A stretch of 58,240 nt of DNA from Candidatus Woesearchaeota archaeon (GTDB lineage: Archaea; Nanobdellota; Nanobdellia; SCGC-AAA011-G17; JACPIM01): the NCBI GenBank assembly GCA_018302125.1, contig JAGWAC010000031.1:1-58240 (forward strand), read 5' to 3'. The position numbers were made by a program, and so were the translations under genes. The notes under the pieces were generated by a model. The model was given only the letters and a program-made list of their open reading frames with translations. It was not told where the DNA came from and made no database searches. Positions 8,552-19,855 of this stretch are shown here, in pieces. Position 1 is the first letter of the stretch; the number at the start of each line of letters is the position of its first letter.

Positions 8552-9877
8552 ATGATAGAAATAGCTCCAGTAGGTGGTTATAGTGAAGTAGGCAAAAATA
8601 TGACAGCTATAAAAGTAGATGATGAAGTTGTTATTCTAGATGTTGGTTTATATCTTCCTGCTATTGTAGGTTTTGAAGAAGAACAAGGTCTTTTATCAAG
8701 TGATGAATTAATAAAAATAGGAGCAATTCCAGATGATAATAAAATAAAAGAATGGTGGCCAAAAATAAAAGCTATACTAATTAGCCATTGCCACCTAGAT
8801 CATTTAGGAGCAGTACCATACTTATGTAATAAATACAAATCACCTATAATAGGCACACAATATACAATAGAAGTCTTAAAAAAAATAATAAATGATAATA
8901 ACACAAAAATAAAAAACAAACTTAAACCAATTGAATTTAATAAAAGATTTAAAATTTCTGAAAATATAAGTTGCGAATTAATTAATGTCACTCATTCAAC
9001 TCTGCAAACAGCAATAATAGTTCTTCATACAAAATATGGCACAATAGTTTATGCAAATGATTTTAAAATAGATGAAAATCCAGTATTAGGAGAAAAAACA
9101 AATATTAAAGCACTTAAAAATTTGAAAAATGTTAAAATGTTAATTCTAGACTCGCTTTATTCAAAATTTAGACAAAAAACTCCTTCTGAAAATGTTGCAA
9201 GGCAGATGTTAAAAGAAGCTTTGTTAAATGAAGAACATAAAGGAAGAGCAATTATTGTTACAACCTTCTCTTCTCATATTGCAAGACTGCATAGTATATC
9301 TGAATTTGGAAAAAGATTAAATCGAAAAGTAGTATTCCTAGGAAGGAGCCTTGGTAAATACATAAGTTCAGCTCAAAATCTAGATTTAATTAATTTTGGA
9401 AAAAATGTTGAAATTGTTACTTGGCCAAAACAAATAGAAAAAAAATTAAAGGAAATAGAAAAAAATGACAGGGGCAAATACCTTATTATTTGCACTGGCA
9501 ACCAAGGAGAACCAAAATCAGTATTGTCAAAACTAATAAACAAGACATTCCATTTTGAATTCCTTCCAAATGACCTGGTTGTCTTCTCCTGCAATGTAAT
9601 TCCAACTAAAATAAACATTCATAACAGGGAGGTAATGGAACAAAAATTAAAAAATTACAAAGTCACAATTCTAAAAGGGATTCATCAGTCAGGCCATGCT
9701 TGTGGTGAAGATATGAAAAATTTAATAAAATTATTAAAACCAGAGCATATTATACCAACTCATGGTGATCATGATAAATTAATTCACTTAAGCAAAATAG
9801 CTGTAGATGAACTTAACTATGAATTCGGGAAAACAGTACATTTATTAAATAATGGGGATAAATTACAAATAAAATAA
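8552..9877 (+). CDS. rnj: ribonuclease J (beta-CASP)
   Basis: GGYSEVGKNMT, SHCHLDH, TGNQGEP, HQSGHA, IPTHG. Confidence 0.9.
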   Translation: MIEIAPVGGYSEVGKNMTAIKVDDEVVILDVGLYLPAIVGFEEEQGLLSSDELIKIGAIPDDNKIKEWWPKIKAILISHCHLDHLGAVPYLCNKYKSPIIGTQYTIEVLKKIINDNNTKIKNKLKPIEFNKRFKISENISCELINVTHSTLQTAIIVLHTKYGTIVYANDFKIDENPVLGEKTNIKALKNLKNVKMLILDSLYSKFRQKTPSENVARQMLKEALLNEEHKGRAIIVTTFSSHIARLHSISEFGKRLNRKVVFLGRSLGKYISSAQNLDLINFGKNVEIVTWPKQIEKKLKEIEKNDRGKYLIICTGNQGEPKSVLSKLINKTFHFEFLPNDLVVFSCNVIPTKINIHNREVMEQKLKNYKVTILKGIHQSGHACGEDMKNLIKLLKPEHIIPTHGDHDKLIHLSKIAVDELNYEFGKTVHLLNNGDKLQIK

Positions 9878-10173
9878 TGGAAAAGAAAGAAGAAATTATT
9901 GAAGTTTTGAAAAAAGTAAATGATCCAGAGATTCACATAGATGTCTGGACATTAAAATTAATTTATAATATTGATATAAAAGAAGAGATTGTAGAAATAA
10001 GAATGACATTTACAAGCCCGATGTGTCCTTATGGTCCTTTTTTAGTTGATAATATTAAAAATAAAATAAAAGAAGAATTAAAGTGGGTGAAAGAAGTAAA
10101 AGTAGAAGTTGTTTTCCAGCCAGTTTGGCAGCCTTCTGATGAATTAAAAGAAATATTGGGTATCCCATTATAA
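9877..10173 (+). CDS. DUF59/SufT-like Fe-S assembly protein
   Basis: DPEIHIDV, MTFTSPMCP, VVFQPVW. Confidence 0.85.
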   Translation: MEKKEEIIEVLKKVNDPEIHIDVWTLKLIYNIDIKEEIVEIRMTFTSPMCPYGPFLVDNIKNKIKEELKWVKEVKVEVVFQPVWQPSDELKEILGIPL

Positions 10174-10274
10174 AATATACAAAAAAACACAATCATTCTT
10201 AAAAATCTAGAAGTATTTCTGTAAAAAAAGGAGGTTAAAGTTTTTTAGTTAAACTTTTTTTATAAAAAGGTTAT

Positions 10275-11483
10275 ATGAAATTTGCTCATCTTTCTGACAG
10301 CCATATAGGCGGCTGGCGTGAACCTAAATTAAGAGATTTAGGAATTCAGACATTTAGAAAAATAATAGAAAAATGCATCGAAGAAAATGTAGGTTTTGTT
10401 TTAATCTCAGGTGACTTATTTGATACAGCTCTTCCTCAAACAGAATTAATTAAAGAAACAGCCTCAATTCTAAAGCTATTGCATGAATATGATATCCCAG
10501 TATACGCAATTCCAGGTTCTCATGACTTTTCTCCGTCAGGAAAAACAATGATTGATGTTCTGGAAAAAACTGGATTGCTTCATAATGTAGTAAAATTTGA
10601 TGAAAATAATAAATTACAATTCACAATAGATAAAACTAATGTTAAAATAACAGGATTATATGGAAAAAGGTTGGGGTTAGAAAAATTTGATTATGAAAAA
10701 TTAGAAAAAGAACATTTAGAAAAAGAACCTGGTTTCAAAATATTCATGTTCCATACAGCATTAGAGGAATTCAAGCCAGCTGAAATGGAAAAAATGAAAG
10801 CTTATAGTTATAGAGATCTCCCTAAAAATTTTAATTATTATGCAGGAGGTCATGTGCATTATATTTTTGATATTAAAAAAGAAAATTATGGCTCGATTAC
10901 ATTCCCAGGTCCGGTATTTCCAAATAATTTCAAAGAATTAGAAGAATTAGAATGTGGTGGTTTCTATTTAGTTGAAGTTTTAAATCAAAATTTAAATTTA
11001 AAGCATATAAAAATAAAATTAAAAGAAGTATTAACACTAAAGATAAATATAAATAATATGTCTTCTTTTGAAGCAGAGGAATTTATTATAAATCAAATTA
11101 AAATCAACAATATCAAGGATAAAATTTTATTATTAAGAATATTTGGAGCTCTAAAATCAGGCAAAGTTACGGATATTAATTTTAAAAAAATTATGAATTC
11201 AGCTCAGGAAGCTTATATAGTTTTAAAAAATACTTATAAATTGACAAGCAAAGAAGCAGAAAATATAGAATACGAGAAATATAATTCAATAGATGAAATC
11301 GAGCACGACATTATTTTCCAGAATTTGGGTAAATTCAAATTTTCTATAAATGAAAAGAAAAAAGAGGTTCAGTATATAAAAGAAATAATGAGTTTATTAG
11401 ATAAAGAAAAAAATGAAGGAGAAAAAAACGTTGATTTTGAAGGAAGAATTTTAAAAGATACAGAAAAAATTATAGAATGTTAA
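10275..11483 (+). CDS. mre11: Mre11 nuclease
   Basis: AHLSDSHIG, ISGDLFD, PGSHD, GGHVH; adjacent to Rad50. Confidence 0.9.
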   Translation: MKFAHLSDSHIGGWREPKLRDLGIQTFRKIIEKCIEENVGFVLISGDLFDTALPQTELIKETASILKLLHEYDIPVYAIPGSHDFSPSGKTMIDVLEKTGLLHNVVKFDENNKLQFTIDKTNVKITGLYGKRLGLEKFDYEKLEKEHLEKEPGFKIFMFHTALEEFKPAEMEKMKAYSYRDLPKNFNYYAGGHVHYIFDIKKENYGSITFPGPVFPNNFKELEELECGGFYLVEVLNQNLNLKHIKIKLKEVLTLKININNMSSFEAEEFIINQIKINNIKDKILLLRIFGALKSGKVTDINFKKIMNSAQEAYIVLKNTYKLTSKEAENIEYEKYNSIDEIEHDIIFQNLGKFKFSINEKKKEVQYIKEIMSLLDKEKNEGEKNVDFEGRILKDTEKIIEC

Positions 11484-13525
11484 TAAAGAAAATAAAACTA
11501 AAGAATATTAGAAGCTATATTGGTGAAGAAATAGAATTTGATAAAGGCATTACTTTATTGTCAGGAGATATAGGTTCAGGAAAATCAACAATTCTATTAG
11601 CTATAGATTTTGCTTTGTTTGGACTAAGAAAAGGTTATTTATCAGGAAATGCCTTGTTAAGAAATGGTGAAAAAGAAGGCTCAGTAGAATTAACATTTGA
11701 AATAGACGAAAAAGAAATAACAATAACAAGAAATCTGAAAAGAACTTCGACATCAATAGCCCAAGATTATGGTACTTTAAAGCAGTCAGAAAAAAGAGAA
11801 TATTCCGCGATAGAATTAAAAGATTTTATTTTGTCAAAATTAAATTATCCTAAAGAATATCTTACAAAATCAAAATATTTCATTTACAATTATACAATTT
11901 ATACCCCACAGGAAGAAATGAAACAAATTCTTTTAGGGGATAAAGAATATAGATTAGATACAATAAGAAAAGTATTTGGAATTGATAAATATAAAAGAAT
12001 AAAAGAAAACTCTAAAATCCTAATTGATAACATTAGATTAAAAAAGAAAGAATTATCATTAATAACAGATAAGCAAGAAGAAAAAAAATTTGAAAAAGAA
12101 GATAAACATTATAAAATTGTAAATAATATAAATTTAATAGAAAATCTAAAACTAGATTTAGAAAAATTAAAGGCAAAATTACTGGAGAAACAAAATGCAA
12201 TCCTCAGTTTAGATAAAGAAATAAAAGAATTTAATGATTTTAAAAAGCATTTAGAATTAAAAAATCTTGAATTAAGTTATAAAACTAGGCAAATAACTAA
12301 AAATGAAGATGATACTATAAATTTAGAAAAAGAAATTTTAAAATTAAAAGAAGAAACAAAGGAAAATATTGAATTTAATAAAGAAATTAAAATAGAAAAA
12401 GAAAACTCTTTGAAAAAATTAAATGAAGAATTACAGGAATTAAAATTAAAAGAAAGAGAATTTCTAATTAAAAAATCAAATTCCCTAGAAATAATCAAAA
12501 GCATAGAAAAACTGGATATTTGCCCTACTTGCAAACAAAATGTTACGATAGAATATAAATCTAATATAAATTCTAAGGAAAATGAAATTATAATAAAATT
12601 AGATTCAGAATCTGCCCAAATAAAAGATAAAATAAACTCAATTACAAAAGAAATATCTGATCTAACAATAATTCTAAATAATCTAGCAAGAAAGGAAAAT
12701 TTAATTGAAATCATAAATCTAAAAAGAAAATCTTTGCAGGAAAAATTAGTTAAAATTGAAGAAATAAAAACTCAAAATTTGAAATTAAAAGAAGAAATTC
12801 AGAAATTAAAAGAAGAAACTGAAAATCTAAACAAAATTATACATTCGTATTCTGATTTAGATAAAAAATATGAGACTCAAAAAAGAGAATTAGAACTATT
12901 AAATAAAGAAAATAATGATATGGAAGTAAAAAAAGCTGTGTTGGAAAATGATATTCAGAATTTAAATAGAGAAATAGAAAAAATAAACCAAGAAATAGAA
13001 AAAATAAATGAAGCAAAGAGAAAATTAAATTACTTAACACAATTGCAGAGTTTTATTGAAGGTAATTTCATCAACATATTAGAGACAATAGAGAAAAAAG
13101 TTATGTTAAAAATAAAAAATGATTTTGATAGTTTCTTCCAAAAGTGGTTTTATATGTTGATTGATTCTGAAATAATTAAAGTTAAGCTAGATGAGGAATT
13201 TTCTCCAATTATTGAACAGGCAGGACATGAATTAGAATATGTAAATCTATCAGGTGGGGAAAAAACAGCGGCAGCCTTAGCATACAGATTGGCCTTAAAT
13301 CAAATTATCAACACTTTTGTAAGTGAAATTAAAACAAAGGATCTTTTAATTTTAGACGAGCCAACAGATGGCTTTTCTTCAGAACAATTAGATAGATTAA
13401 GACAAGTTTTTGAAGAATTAAACACTAACCAGATAATTATAGTAAGTCATGAAAATAAAATAGAAAGCTTTGCAGATAAAATAATAAGATTGCAAAAAAC
13501 AGATCACATAACAAAAATAATCTAA
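11477..13525 (+). CDS. rad50: Rad50 SMC-like ATPase
   Basis: GDIGSGKS, coiled coil with CPTC hook, LSGGE, LDEPT. Confidence 0.92.
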   Translation: MLIKKIKLKNIRSYIGEEIEFDKGITLLSGDIGSGKSTILLAIDFALFGLRKGYLSGNALLRNGEKEGSVELTFEIDEKEITITRNLKRTSTSIAQDYGTLKQSEKREYSAIELKDFILSKLNYPKEYLTKSKYFIYNYTIYTPQEEMKQILLGDKEYRLDTIRKVFGIDKYKRIKENSKILIDNIRLKKKELSLITDKQEEKKFEKEDKHYKIVNNINLIENLKLDLEKLKAKLLEKQNAILSLDKEIKEFNDFKKHLELKNLELSYKTRQITKNEDDTINLEKEILKLKEETKENIEFNKEIKIEKENSLKKLNEELQELKLKEREFLIKKSNSLEIIKSIEKLDICPTCKQNVTIEYKSNINSKENEIIIKLDSESAQIKDKINSITKEISDLTIILNNLARKENLIEIINLKRKSLQEKLVKIEEIKTQNLKLKEEIQKLKEETENLNKIIHSYSDLDKKYETQKRELELLNKENNDMEVKKAVLENDIQNLNREIEKINQEIEKINEAKRKLNYLTQLQSFIEGNFINILETIEKKVMLKIKNDFDSFFQKWFYMLIDSEIIKVKLDEEFSPIIEQAGHELEYVNLSGGEKTAAALAYRLALNQIINTFVSEIKTKDLLILDEPTDGFSSEQLDRLRQVFEELNTNQIIIVSHENKIESFADKIIRLQKTDHITKII

Positions 13526-13560
13526 TTTTCTTTAATAAACTTTTTCTCAAAAAGTTTAAA

Positions 13561-13870
13561 GTATAGATAAATTGTAAGCCAGCTTCTGTTGAATTTCCTT
13601 AAAAGGAATAATTCATACTAACATTTTACTAAGCGTCTGTAAAAGACTTGCACTAGCCAGGACTTGCCGTTTCAATCTATCCTATAGGAACGTCTTTGGG
13701 TTAGCTCATTTCCTTCTCAGGAAATTTCGCCAATATCATCCTACCCATAGGAGATATCGTTTCTGAGCAGTTGCCAACTTTTTCAAGTTCTTTCTTGCAA
13801 AAGTGACTTTTTTTGCAGTGGCTGGACTTTCCTCAGAACTTAAGTTCCGAAAGTTAGTTTTTACCTATAC
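13561..13870 (-). ncRNA. rnpB: RNase P RNA
   Basis: On minus strand: GAGGAAAGTCC, GAAACGGCAAGTCC, AACAGAAGCTGGCTTAC; terminal P1 pairing GTATAGGTAAA/TTTATCTATAC. Confidence 0.92.
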
Positions 13871-14299
13871 TTTAAGTAAAAACTTGTTAAATCTATTTTT
13901 AAATTTTTCTAATTACTAAAAAAAGGAGTTTGTGTCGTGTCTGGAAATTATTAATGCGAATAACTCATTATTTTAACCTGATTTATTAAACAAAAAAAGG
14001 GCTCTGGTGCATTCCTAAATTTTAAATAGAAAAGAGGCATAGCCTCCTTTATTGCAAAAAAGGAGAGGTGATGCCTCATTGATAAATGAGTATGAAGATT
14101 ATTTAAAATTTGTTGATTCTGCACTAGAGTTAGCCAAAAAAAGAAAACTTTATATATAAGTTATTTTAATAGAAAATTTCTATGGTGGAATAAAAATATA
14201 AGATATAAAAATTCTAGTCATAAATTCACGCCATGTGTTTTGATTCATGATAAACATCTTGGCTTATATGAGTACTTGATGCTCACATTAAGTATGATG

Positions 14300-14333
14300 C
14301 AAGCATGTAATTGTGTGTAGAGCTTAGTAAAAG
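14300..14333 (+). other. 5' arm of pre-16S processing stem (BHB-like)
   Basis: CAAGCATGTAATT...TGTA-GAG-CTTAGTAAAAG is complementary to 15952-15985. Confidence 0.8.
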
Positions 14334-14601
14334 TTAGATTTTTACAAGATCTTGCGTGAATTCCTGTTTATCCTGCAGGAGGTCACTGCTATTGGGATGC
14401 GATTTAGACATGCAAGTCAAGGATTCTTCGGAGTCCTGGCGTACGGCTCAGTAACACGTCGATAATCTGCCTTATGGTCTGGGATAACCTTGAGAAATTG
14501 AGGATAAGCCCAGATAAGAAAAAACTACTGGAATGTGTTTTTTCTGAAAAGCAATGCCATAAGATGAGTCGGCGGCTGATTAGGTAGTTGGTGAGGTAAA
14601 G

Positions 14602-14631
14602 ATTAGAATCAACCTTGATTCTAAATTACAA
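14602..14631 (+). other. 16S BHB intron, 30 nt (~E. coli 265/266)
   Basis: GTAA/TTAC helix, bulges AG^A and AA^G, 10-bp intron stem; splicing restores GGTGAGGTAAAGGCTCACC. Confidence 0.85.
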
Positions 14632-15117
14632 GCTCACCAAGCCTGTGATCAGTAAGGGGAATGAAAGTTCTGGCCTTGAGAAGGACACTGAGACAAGGGT
14701 CCTAGCCCTAAGGGGTGCAGCAGTCGCGAAACCTTTACAATGCGCGTAAGCGTGATAGGGGTATCCCAAGTGCCTACCTTCTGGGTAGGCTTTTGCTGAG
14801 TATAAATAGCTCAGAGAATAAGTGGTGGGCAAGACTGGTGCCAGCAGCCGCGGTAACCCCAGCGCCACAAGTGGTGACCACAATTATTGGGCCTAAAGCG
14901 TCCGTAGCTGGCTCAAAAAATCCTTTGTGAAATTGTTGGACTCAATCTAACAACGTGCAGAGGAGACTTTTGGGCTTGAGACCGGGAAGAGATAGAAGTA
15001 TTCCTTGGGGAGCGGTTAAATGTTATAATCCTTGGAGGACTACCAATAGCGAAGGCATCTATCTAGAACGGGTCTGACAGTGAGGGACGAAAGCTAGGGG
15101 AGCAACGCGGATTAGAT

Positions 15118-15201
15118 ATGGACAAGAAACTTATAAAATTTAAAATAATGTTGCAAAAAAATTAATTTATTTTAAATAAATGTCTCTTATGTTCACTAAA
15201 T
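15118..15201 (+). other. 16S BHB intron, 84 nt (~793/794)
   Basis: TTAG/CTAA helix, bulges AT^A and AT^A; splicing restores GGATTAGATACCCG. Confidence 0.9.
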
Positions 15202-15308
15202 ACCCGATTAGTCCTAGCTGTAAACGCTGCGAACTAGGTGTTGCATATTCTTTGGGAGTATGCAGTGCCGGAGCGAAGGTGTTAAGTTCGCCGCCTGGGA
15301 AGTACGGC

Positions 15309-15341
<33 letters not shown>

Positions 15342-16015
15342 CGCACTACAAGGGGTGAAGTGTGCGGTTTAATCTAACTCTACTCAGAAAATCTTACCAT
15401 GGGCGATGGCATGATGAAGGTCAGATTAAAGGTCTTACCTAAAGGGCCCAGAGATGCTGCATGGCCGTCGTCAGCTCGTGCCGTGAGGTGTCACGTTAAG
15501 TCGTGCAACGAGCAAGACCTACATTTATAGTTGCTAACGAGTCTTTTCGATGTTCGAGCACACTATGAAGACTGCCTTGGTAACAAGGAGGAAGGTGTAG
15601 GCAACGATAGGTCTGTATGGCTCGAATCTCATGGGATACACACGCACTGCAATGATAAGGACAATAGGATACAACTCCGTAAGGAGAAGTTAATCCCTCA
15701 AACCTTATCTTAGTTCAGATTGAGGGTTGTAACTCACCCTCATGAAGCCGGAATCCCTAGTAATCGGATATCATCAGTGTCCGGTGAATACGTCAATGTG
15801 CCTTGCACACACTGCCCATCAAGTCAACCGAGCAGAGTTTTGGTGAGGTTTAGTTTTTAGCTAAATCAAATCAGAGCTCAGTAAGGTGGGTTAAGTTGTC
15901 ACAAGGTATCTGTAGGGGAACCTGCAGATGGATCACCTCCTTTTATTTTATCTTTTACTAAGTACACAAACTAATTACATGCTTGAAAAAATTATGGGCC
16001 CGTAGCTCAGTCTGG

Positions 16016-16061
16016 TTAATCATTTTTGATTAAACTTTTTGCGAAAAAGTTTTTAGGACAA
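16016..16061 (+). other. tRNA-Ala D-loop intron, 46 nt (relaxed BHB)
   Basis: GTCT/GGAC helix, bulges GG^T and AA^T; contains a copy of the dispersed hairpin repeat. Confidence 0.75.
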
Positions 16062-16101
16062 TAGAGCACTGCCCTTGCAAGGCAGGGGCCTCGGGTTCAA
16101 A

Positions 16102-16134
16102 ATAATTTTTGTTAGACTCAAAAATTAATGAACA
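16102..16134 (+). other. tRNA-Ala T-loop intron, 33 nt (position 59/60)
   Basis: TTCA/TGAA helix, bulges AA^A and CA^T, stem TAATTTTTG/CAAAAATTA. Confidence 0.85.
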
Positions 16135-17549
16135 TCCCGACGGGTCCACTCTAATCTTTTTTAGAAAAAGAGATTAATCAAAAAAAAATGGAAATATTTT
16201 TCCATAATTTTTTTGGTAAAGCTTTTTTCTTAAAAAAGGTTTAATGCAGCTCAGAAATTTGAAATAATTTTTGGGTGAAGAGAATCATCTAAAACTTTAC
16301 AAAAAGTTTTTTCACGCTCATTAGGAGATGATAAGAATTTTCTGTTAACGCTTTTTTGCGAGAAAAGATTAGTTCTTATTTTTGATGAAACTTTTTTTGA
16401 AAAAAGTTTCTAATGATTCTGTGCATAGGCAATTCGAGGTCTGATGTTCCTACTCCATTAGGTGAATGACTTGGCTCAAGTGCTGATGAAGGGCGTGGCA
16501 AGCTGCGATAAGTTCCAGTGAAGTGCACGCAACTTTTGAGCTGGAAATCCCTGAATGAGACTTCTCATTAGATCTGAAAAGATAGGGAACCCAGGGAATT
16601 GAAACATCTTAGTACCTGGAGGAAAAGAAATTAATAAAGATGTCGTGAGTATCAGCGAGAAAAAACGACATAGAGCAAACTGAATCTTTTTTAGAAATAA
16701 AAAAGAAATGTAGTGTAATAGGACCTTACTTATGATCTGAGTTAGATTTAGTCAAAGTTCTTTGGAAAAAGATACCTAAGAGGGTGATAGTCCCGTAGAT
16801 TAAACTAACAGACTTATAAGGTATCCTGAGTAGCGCTCATTGGATATTGGGCGTGAATTTGGGAGATATTAACTTCCAACTCTAAATACTACTTGAGACC
16901 GATAGCAAAAAGTACTGCGAAGGAAAGTTGAAAAGAACCTTTAACATGGAGTGAAAAGAACCTGAAACCTAATGGATACAGAATGATACTATTCTTCGGA
17001 ATTGTATCGTGCGTTTCGAATAACGAGCCAGGGAGTGCATTTAAGTGGCGAGAGTAAAAATTTTACAATTTGTACTCGCAAGGAAACTAAAAATCTGCAT
17101 TTCACGAAAGAGATTAGGTATGAAAGTGCCTAGAGTCACTTGAATGCGACCTGAATCCAGTCGATCTATCCCAGAGTAAGGTGAAGCAGGGGTAAAACCT
17201 TGTGGAGGCCTGAAGCAGTTCTAGTGTAAATCTGTTTGTATAACTTTGGATTAGGGGTGAAAAGCCAATCGAGACTGGTTATAGCTGGTTCCTGTCGAAA
17301 TAGGCCTTAGTCTAGTCTTGAATGAGGTAGTTGGAATTGTAGAGCTACGGATTTAGGAGCAAGGGGAAGAAATTCCTCCCTTCTTTGTCCAACTCCGAAT
17401 GTTCTAACATCATAGAATTCAGGAAAAAGCGGCGTGGGATAAGCTCATGTTGCAAGAGGGGAACAACCCAGACTATAGTTAAGGTCCCTAAATACTGGTT
17501 AAGTGTCAAAGGGTAAAAGGTGTATATAACCAGAGACATGAGGGAGGTA

Positions 17550-17592
<43 letters not shown>

Positions 17593-18384
17593 CTTTCAAG
17601 GTTATACGCCCTGAAGATGGACGGGGCTAAATCAGTTACCGATACTATAGACTAGTTTAAAAAACTAAGTGGTAGGCAGGCGCTTTATTAGGGTAGAAGC
17701 TTTTTCAAAAGAAAAAGTGGACCTAATAAAATTGAGAATCCTGGTAGTAGTAGGAGCAATATAGGGTAAGACTCCCTAATATCTGAAGAGTAAGGGTTTC
17801 TTAGCAATGCAAATCAGCTAAGAGTAAGTTAATCCTAACCAAAGGCCTAACAGGTCTTCGGGAATGGGAAAAAGGTTAATATTCCTTTACTGTTTAAGTA
17901 CATGTGGCAACACAAATTTAATTTCAGACGCTTTGGGCTAAATCAATATCTATTGTCGTAGATATTAATTAGAGCAAATCAAGGAAGTACTGTAATGGTG
18001 AGAACTTGATTAATTCTAAGAATAGTAGGCCTTATGGTTTATTTGATTGATGCCTTGAGCCCGTGAAAATGAAATTAATTGAATCTTGAACAATTATACC
18101 CAGAACCAACACAGGTACTCTAGGTGAGAAGCCTAAGATAAGATGGTCTAAACTAACTAAGGGAAATCGGCAATTTAGTTCCGTATCTTTGGTAGAAGGA
18201 ATCCCTGCGGTTGTGGTCTTATGATTGCAATTACAGGGCTCAGTAACAAGGCGGGTCCGACTGTTTAACAAAAACGCAACGTCTCGCAAGACAGCAATGT
18301 TGTGTATGAGACGTGACGTCTGCCCAGTGCAAGTATCTCAAACCTCTTTTCAAGGAGGCTAAGGACTTGTAAACGGCGGGAATA

Positions 18385-18516
18385 TTTGTTGTAAGGCGGT
18401 AAAGGGAGTACTTAGTTCAATATATATTGAGTATTGAGGCTGAAAGTAAAAGGAAATTTTTGGAAAATATTCCTGTTGAACATCCAGTACTCCTGAAAAA
18501 CCTTTAACAATTCTAG
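18385..18516 (+). other. 23S BHB intron, 132 nt (H69, ~1912/1913)
   Basis: GGAA/TTCT helix, bulges TA^T and AG^A; restores GGGAATAACTATAATTCTC. Confidence 0.85.
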
Positions 18517-18542
18517 ACTATAATTCTCTTAAGGTAGCGAAA

Positions 18543-18662
18543 TTATCATTAATCTCGCTTTAGATTTAAGATGAAAAAAAGCCATTCATCTAAGAGAATA
18601 GCCTTTGGGTTTGTTAAACAAATGAGAGAAAAATTTTAGCAATGGGATTAATGATATCGTTG
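18543..18662 (+). other. 23S BHB intron, 120 nt (~1938/1939)
   Basis: GCGA/TCGT helix, bulges AA^T and TG^T; restores AAGGTAGCGAAATACCTTGTCG. Confidence 0.85.
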
Positions 18663-19164
18663 TACCTTGTCGTTTGAATGACGACGCGCATGAATGGCGT
18701 AACGAGATCCGCACTGTCCCTAGTTAGTGTCCACTGAAAATACCCTTCTGGTGTGCAGGCCAGAGACCTCCAGCGGGAAGAAAAGACCCCGTAGAACTTT
18801 ACTGTAGTTTGTTGTTGTGATATAGATTCTACTGTGTAGCATAGGTGGTAGTTGCTATGCCTTGGCTGCTAGGTCAAGGATAGACAAAACTGAAATACCA
18901 CTCTGCAGAATTTATGTTGCTTACTAACCTGTTAGGACAGCAGCAGATAGACAGTTTGGCTGGGGCGGCACCCTGTTGAAAAGATATCAACAGGGCCCAA
19001 AGGTCAACTCAAGATGTTTGGAAATCATCTGAAGAGTGCAAGAGCAAAAGTTGGCTTGACTGGATTTTGACCATTAAAAAATCCAGAGACAAAAGTCTGG
19101 TCTAGCGAACCCCTATGTCCTTATTAATAGGGGCTAGGTATGACAGAAAAGCTATCTCGGGGAT

Positions 19165-19770
19165 AATCTAGGAGAAACATCAAAAGATTATATACAACTA
19201 TCACCGAGTATTAAATATGAATAAAAAATTTGCATATTTAATCGGTGTGTTGCATGATGCACATATTATCAACAAGAAATCAAATTCCCAATATGGTTTT
19301 GAAATTGAGCAAAAAAATAAAAAATACGCTGAATTTTTGTCAACTTTCTTTTCACAGTTATTCAAAATTGAAAAACCAAAGTTAGAATTACGTGAAAGAA
19401 GTTGGGGAAATTATTGGCGTATTAGAATTTATTCAAAGAAAATATTTGAAGAAATTGTTCAATATGACTTTACAAAAATAATTAAGTCGCAATCAAAACA
19501 AATTAAAAAGGAAATGATTCGAGGATTTTATGATGCTGAAGGATCAGTAAGCAGTGATGAAGTAAGAATGTTTAATAAAAATACAAAACTCTTAGAAACT
19601 TTGCATGATATTTTATCTACTGAGTTTAATTTAAGACTTGGAAAGATAGTTGTATCAAAGGATGATGTTTATCAGCTTCCAATTTATGCGAAAAATGATA
19701 AAAACAAGTTTATGAAAATTTTCAAACCAATTCATCCTGATAAGTTTAAGATTTTCTCTTAGATCCCTAG
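19165..19770 (+). mobile_element. 23S BHB intron, 606 nt (~2449/2450), homing-endonuclease-encoding
   Basis: GGGG/CCCT helix, bulges AT^A and AG^A, 12-bp intron stem; restores GGGGATAACTGAG. Confidence 0.9.
19217..19762 (+). CDS. two-motif LAGLIDADG homing endonuclease
   Basis: FAYLIGVLHDAH and MIRGFYDAEGSV motifs; lies wholly inside the intron. Confidence 0.9.
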   Translation: MNKKFAYLIGVLHDAHIINKKSNSQYGFEIEQKNKKYAEFLSTFFSQLFKIEKPKLELRERSWGNYWRIRIYSKKIFEEIVQYDFTKIIKSQSKQIKKEMIRGFYDAEGSVSSDEVRMFNKNTKLLETLHDILSTEFNLRLGKIVVSKDDVYQLPIYAKNDKNKFMKIFKPIHPDKFKIFS

Positions 19771-19855
19771 AACTGAGTCGTAGCGCCTAAGAGCTCATAT
19801 CGATGGCGCTGTTTGCTACTTCGACGTCGGCTCACCATATCCTGGCTGTGCAGAA

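Larger units (their letters stand above)
15996..16148 (+). tRNA. tRNA-Ala(TGC) with D-loop and T-loop introns
   Basis: Spliced: GGGCCCGTAGCTCAGTCTGG|TAGAGCACTGCCCTTGCAAGGCAGGGGCCTCGGGTTCAAA|TCCCGACGGGTCCA. Confidence 0.93.
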
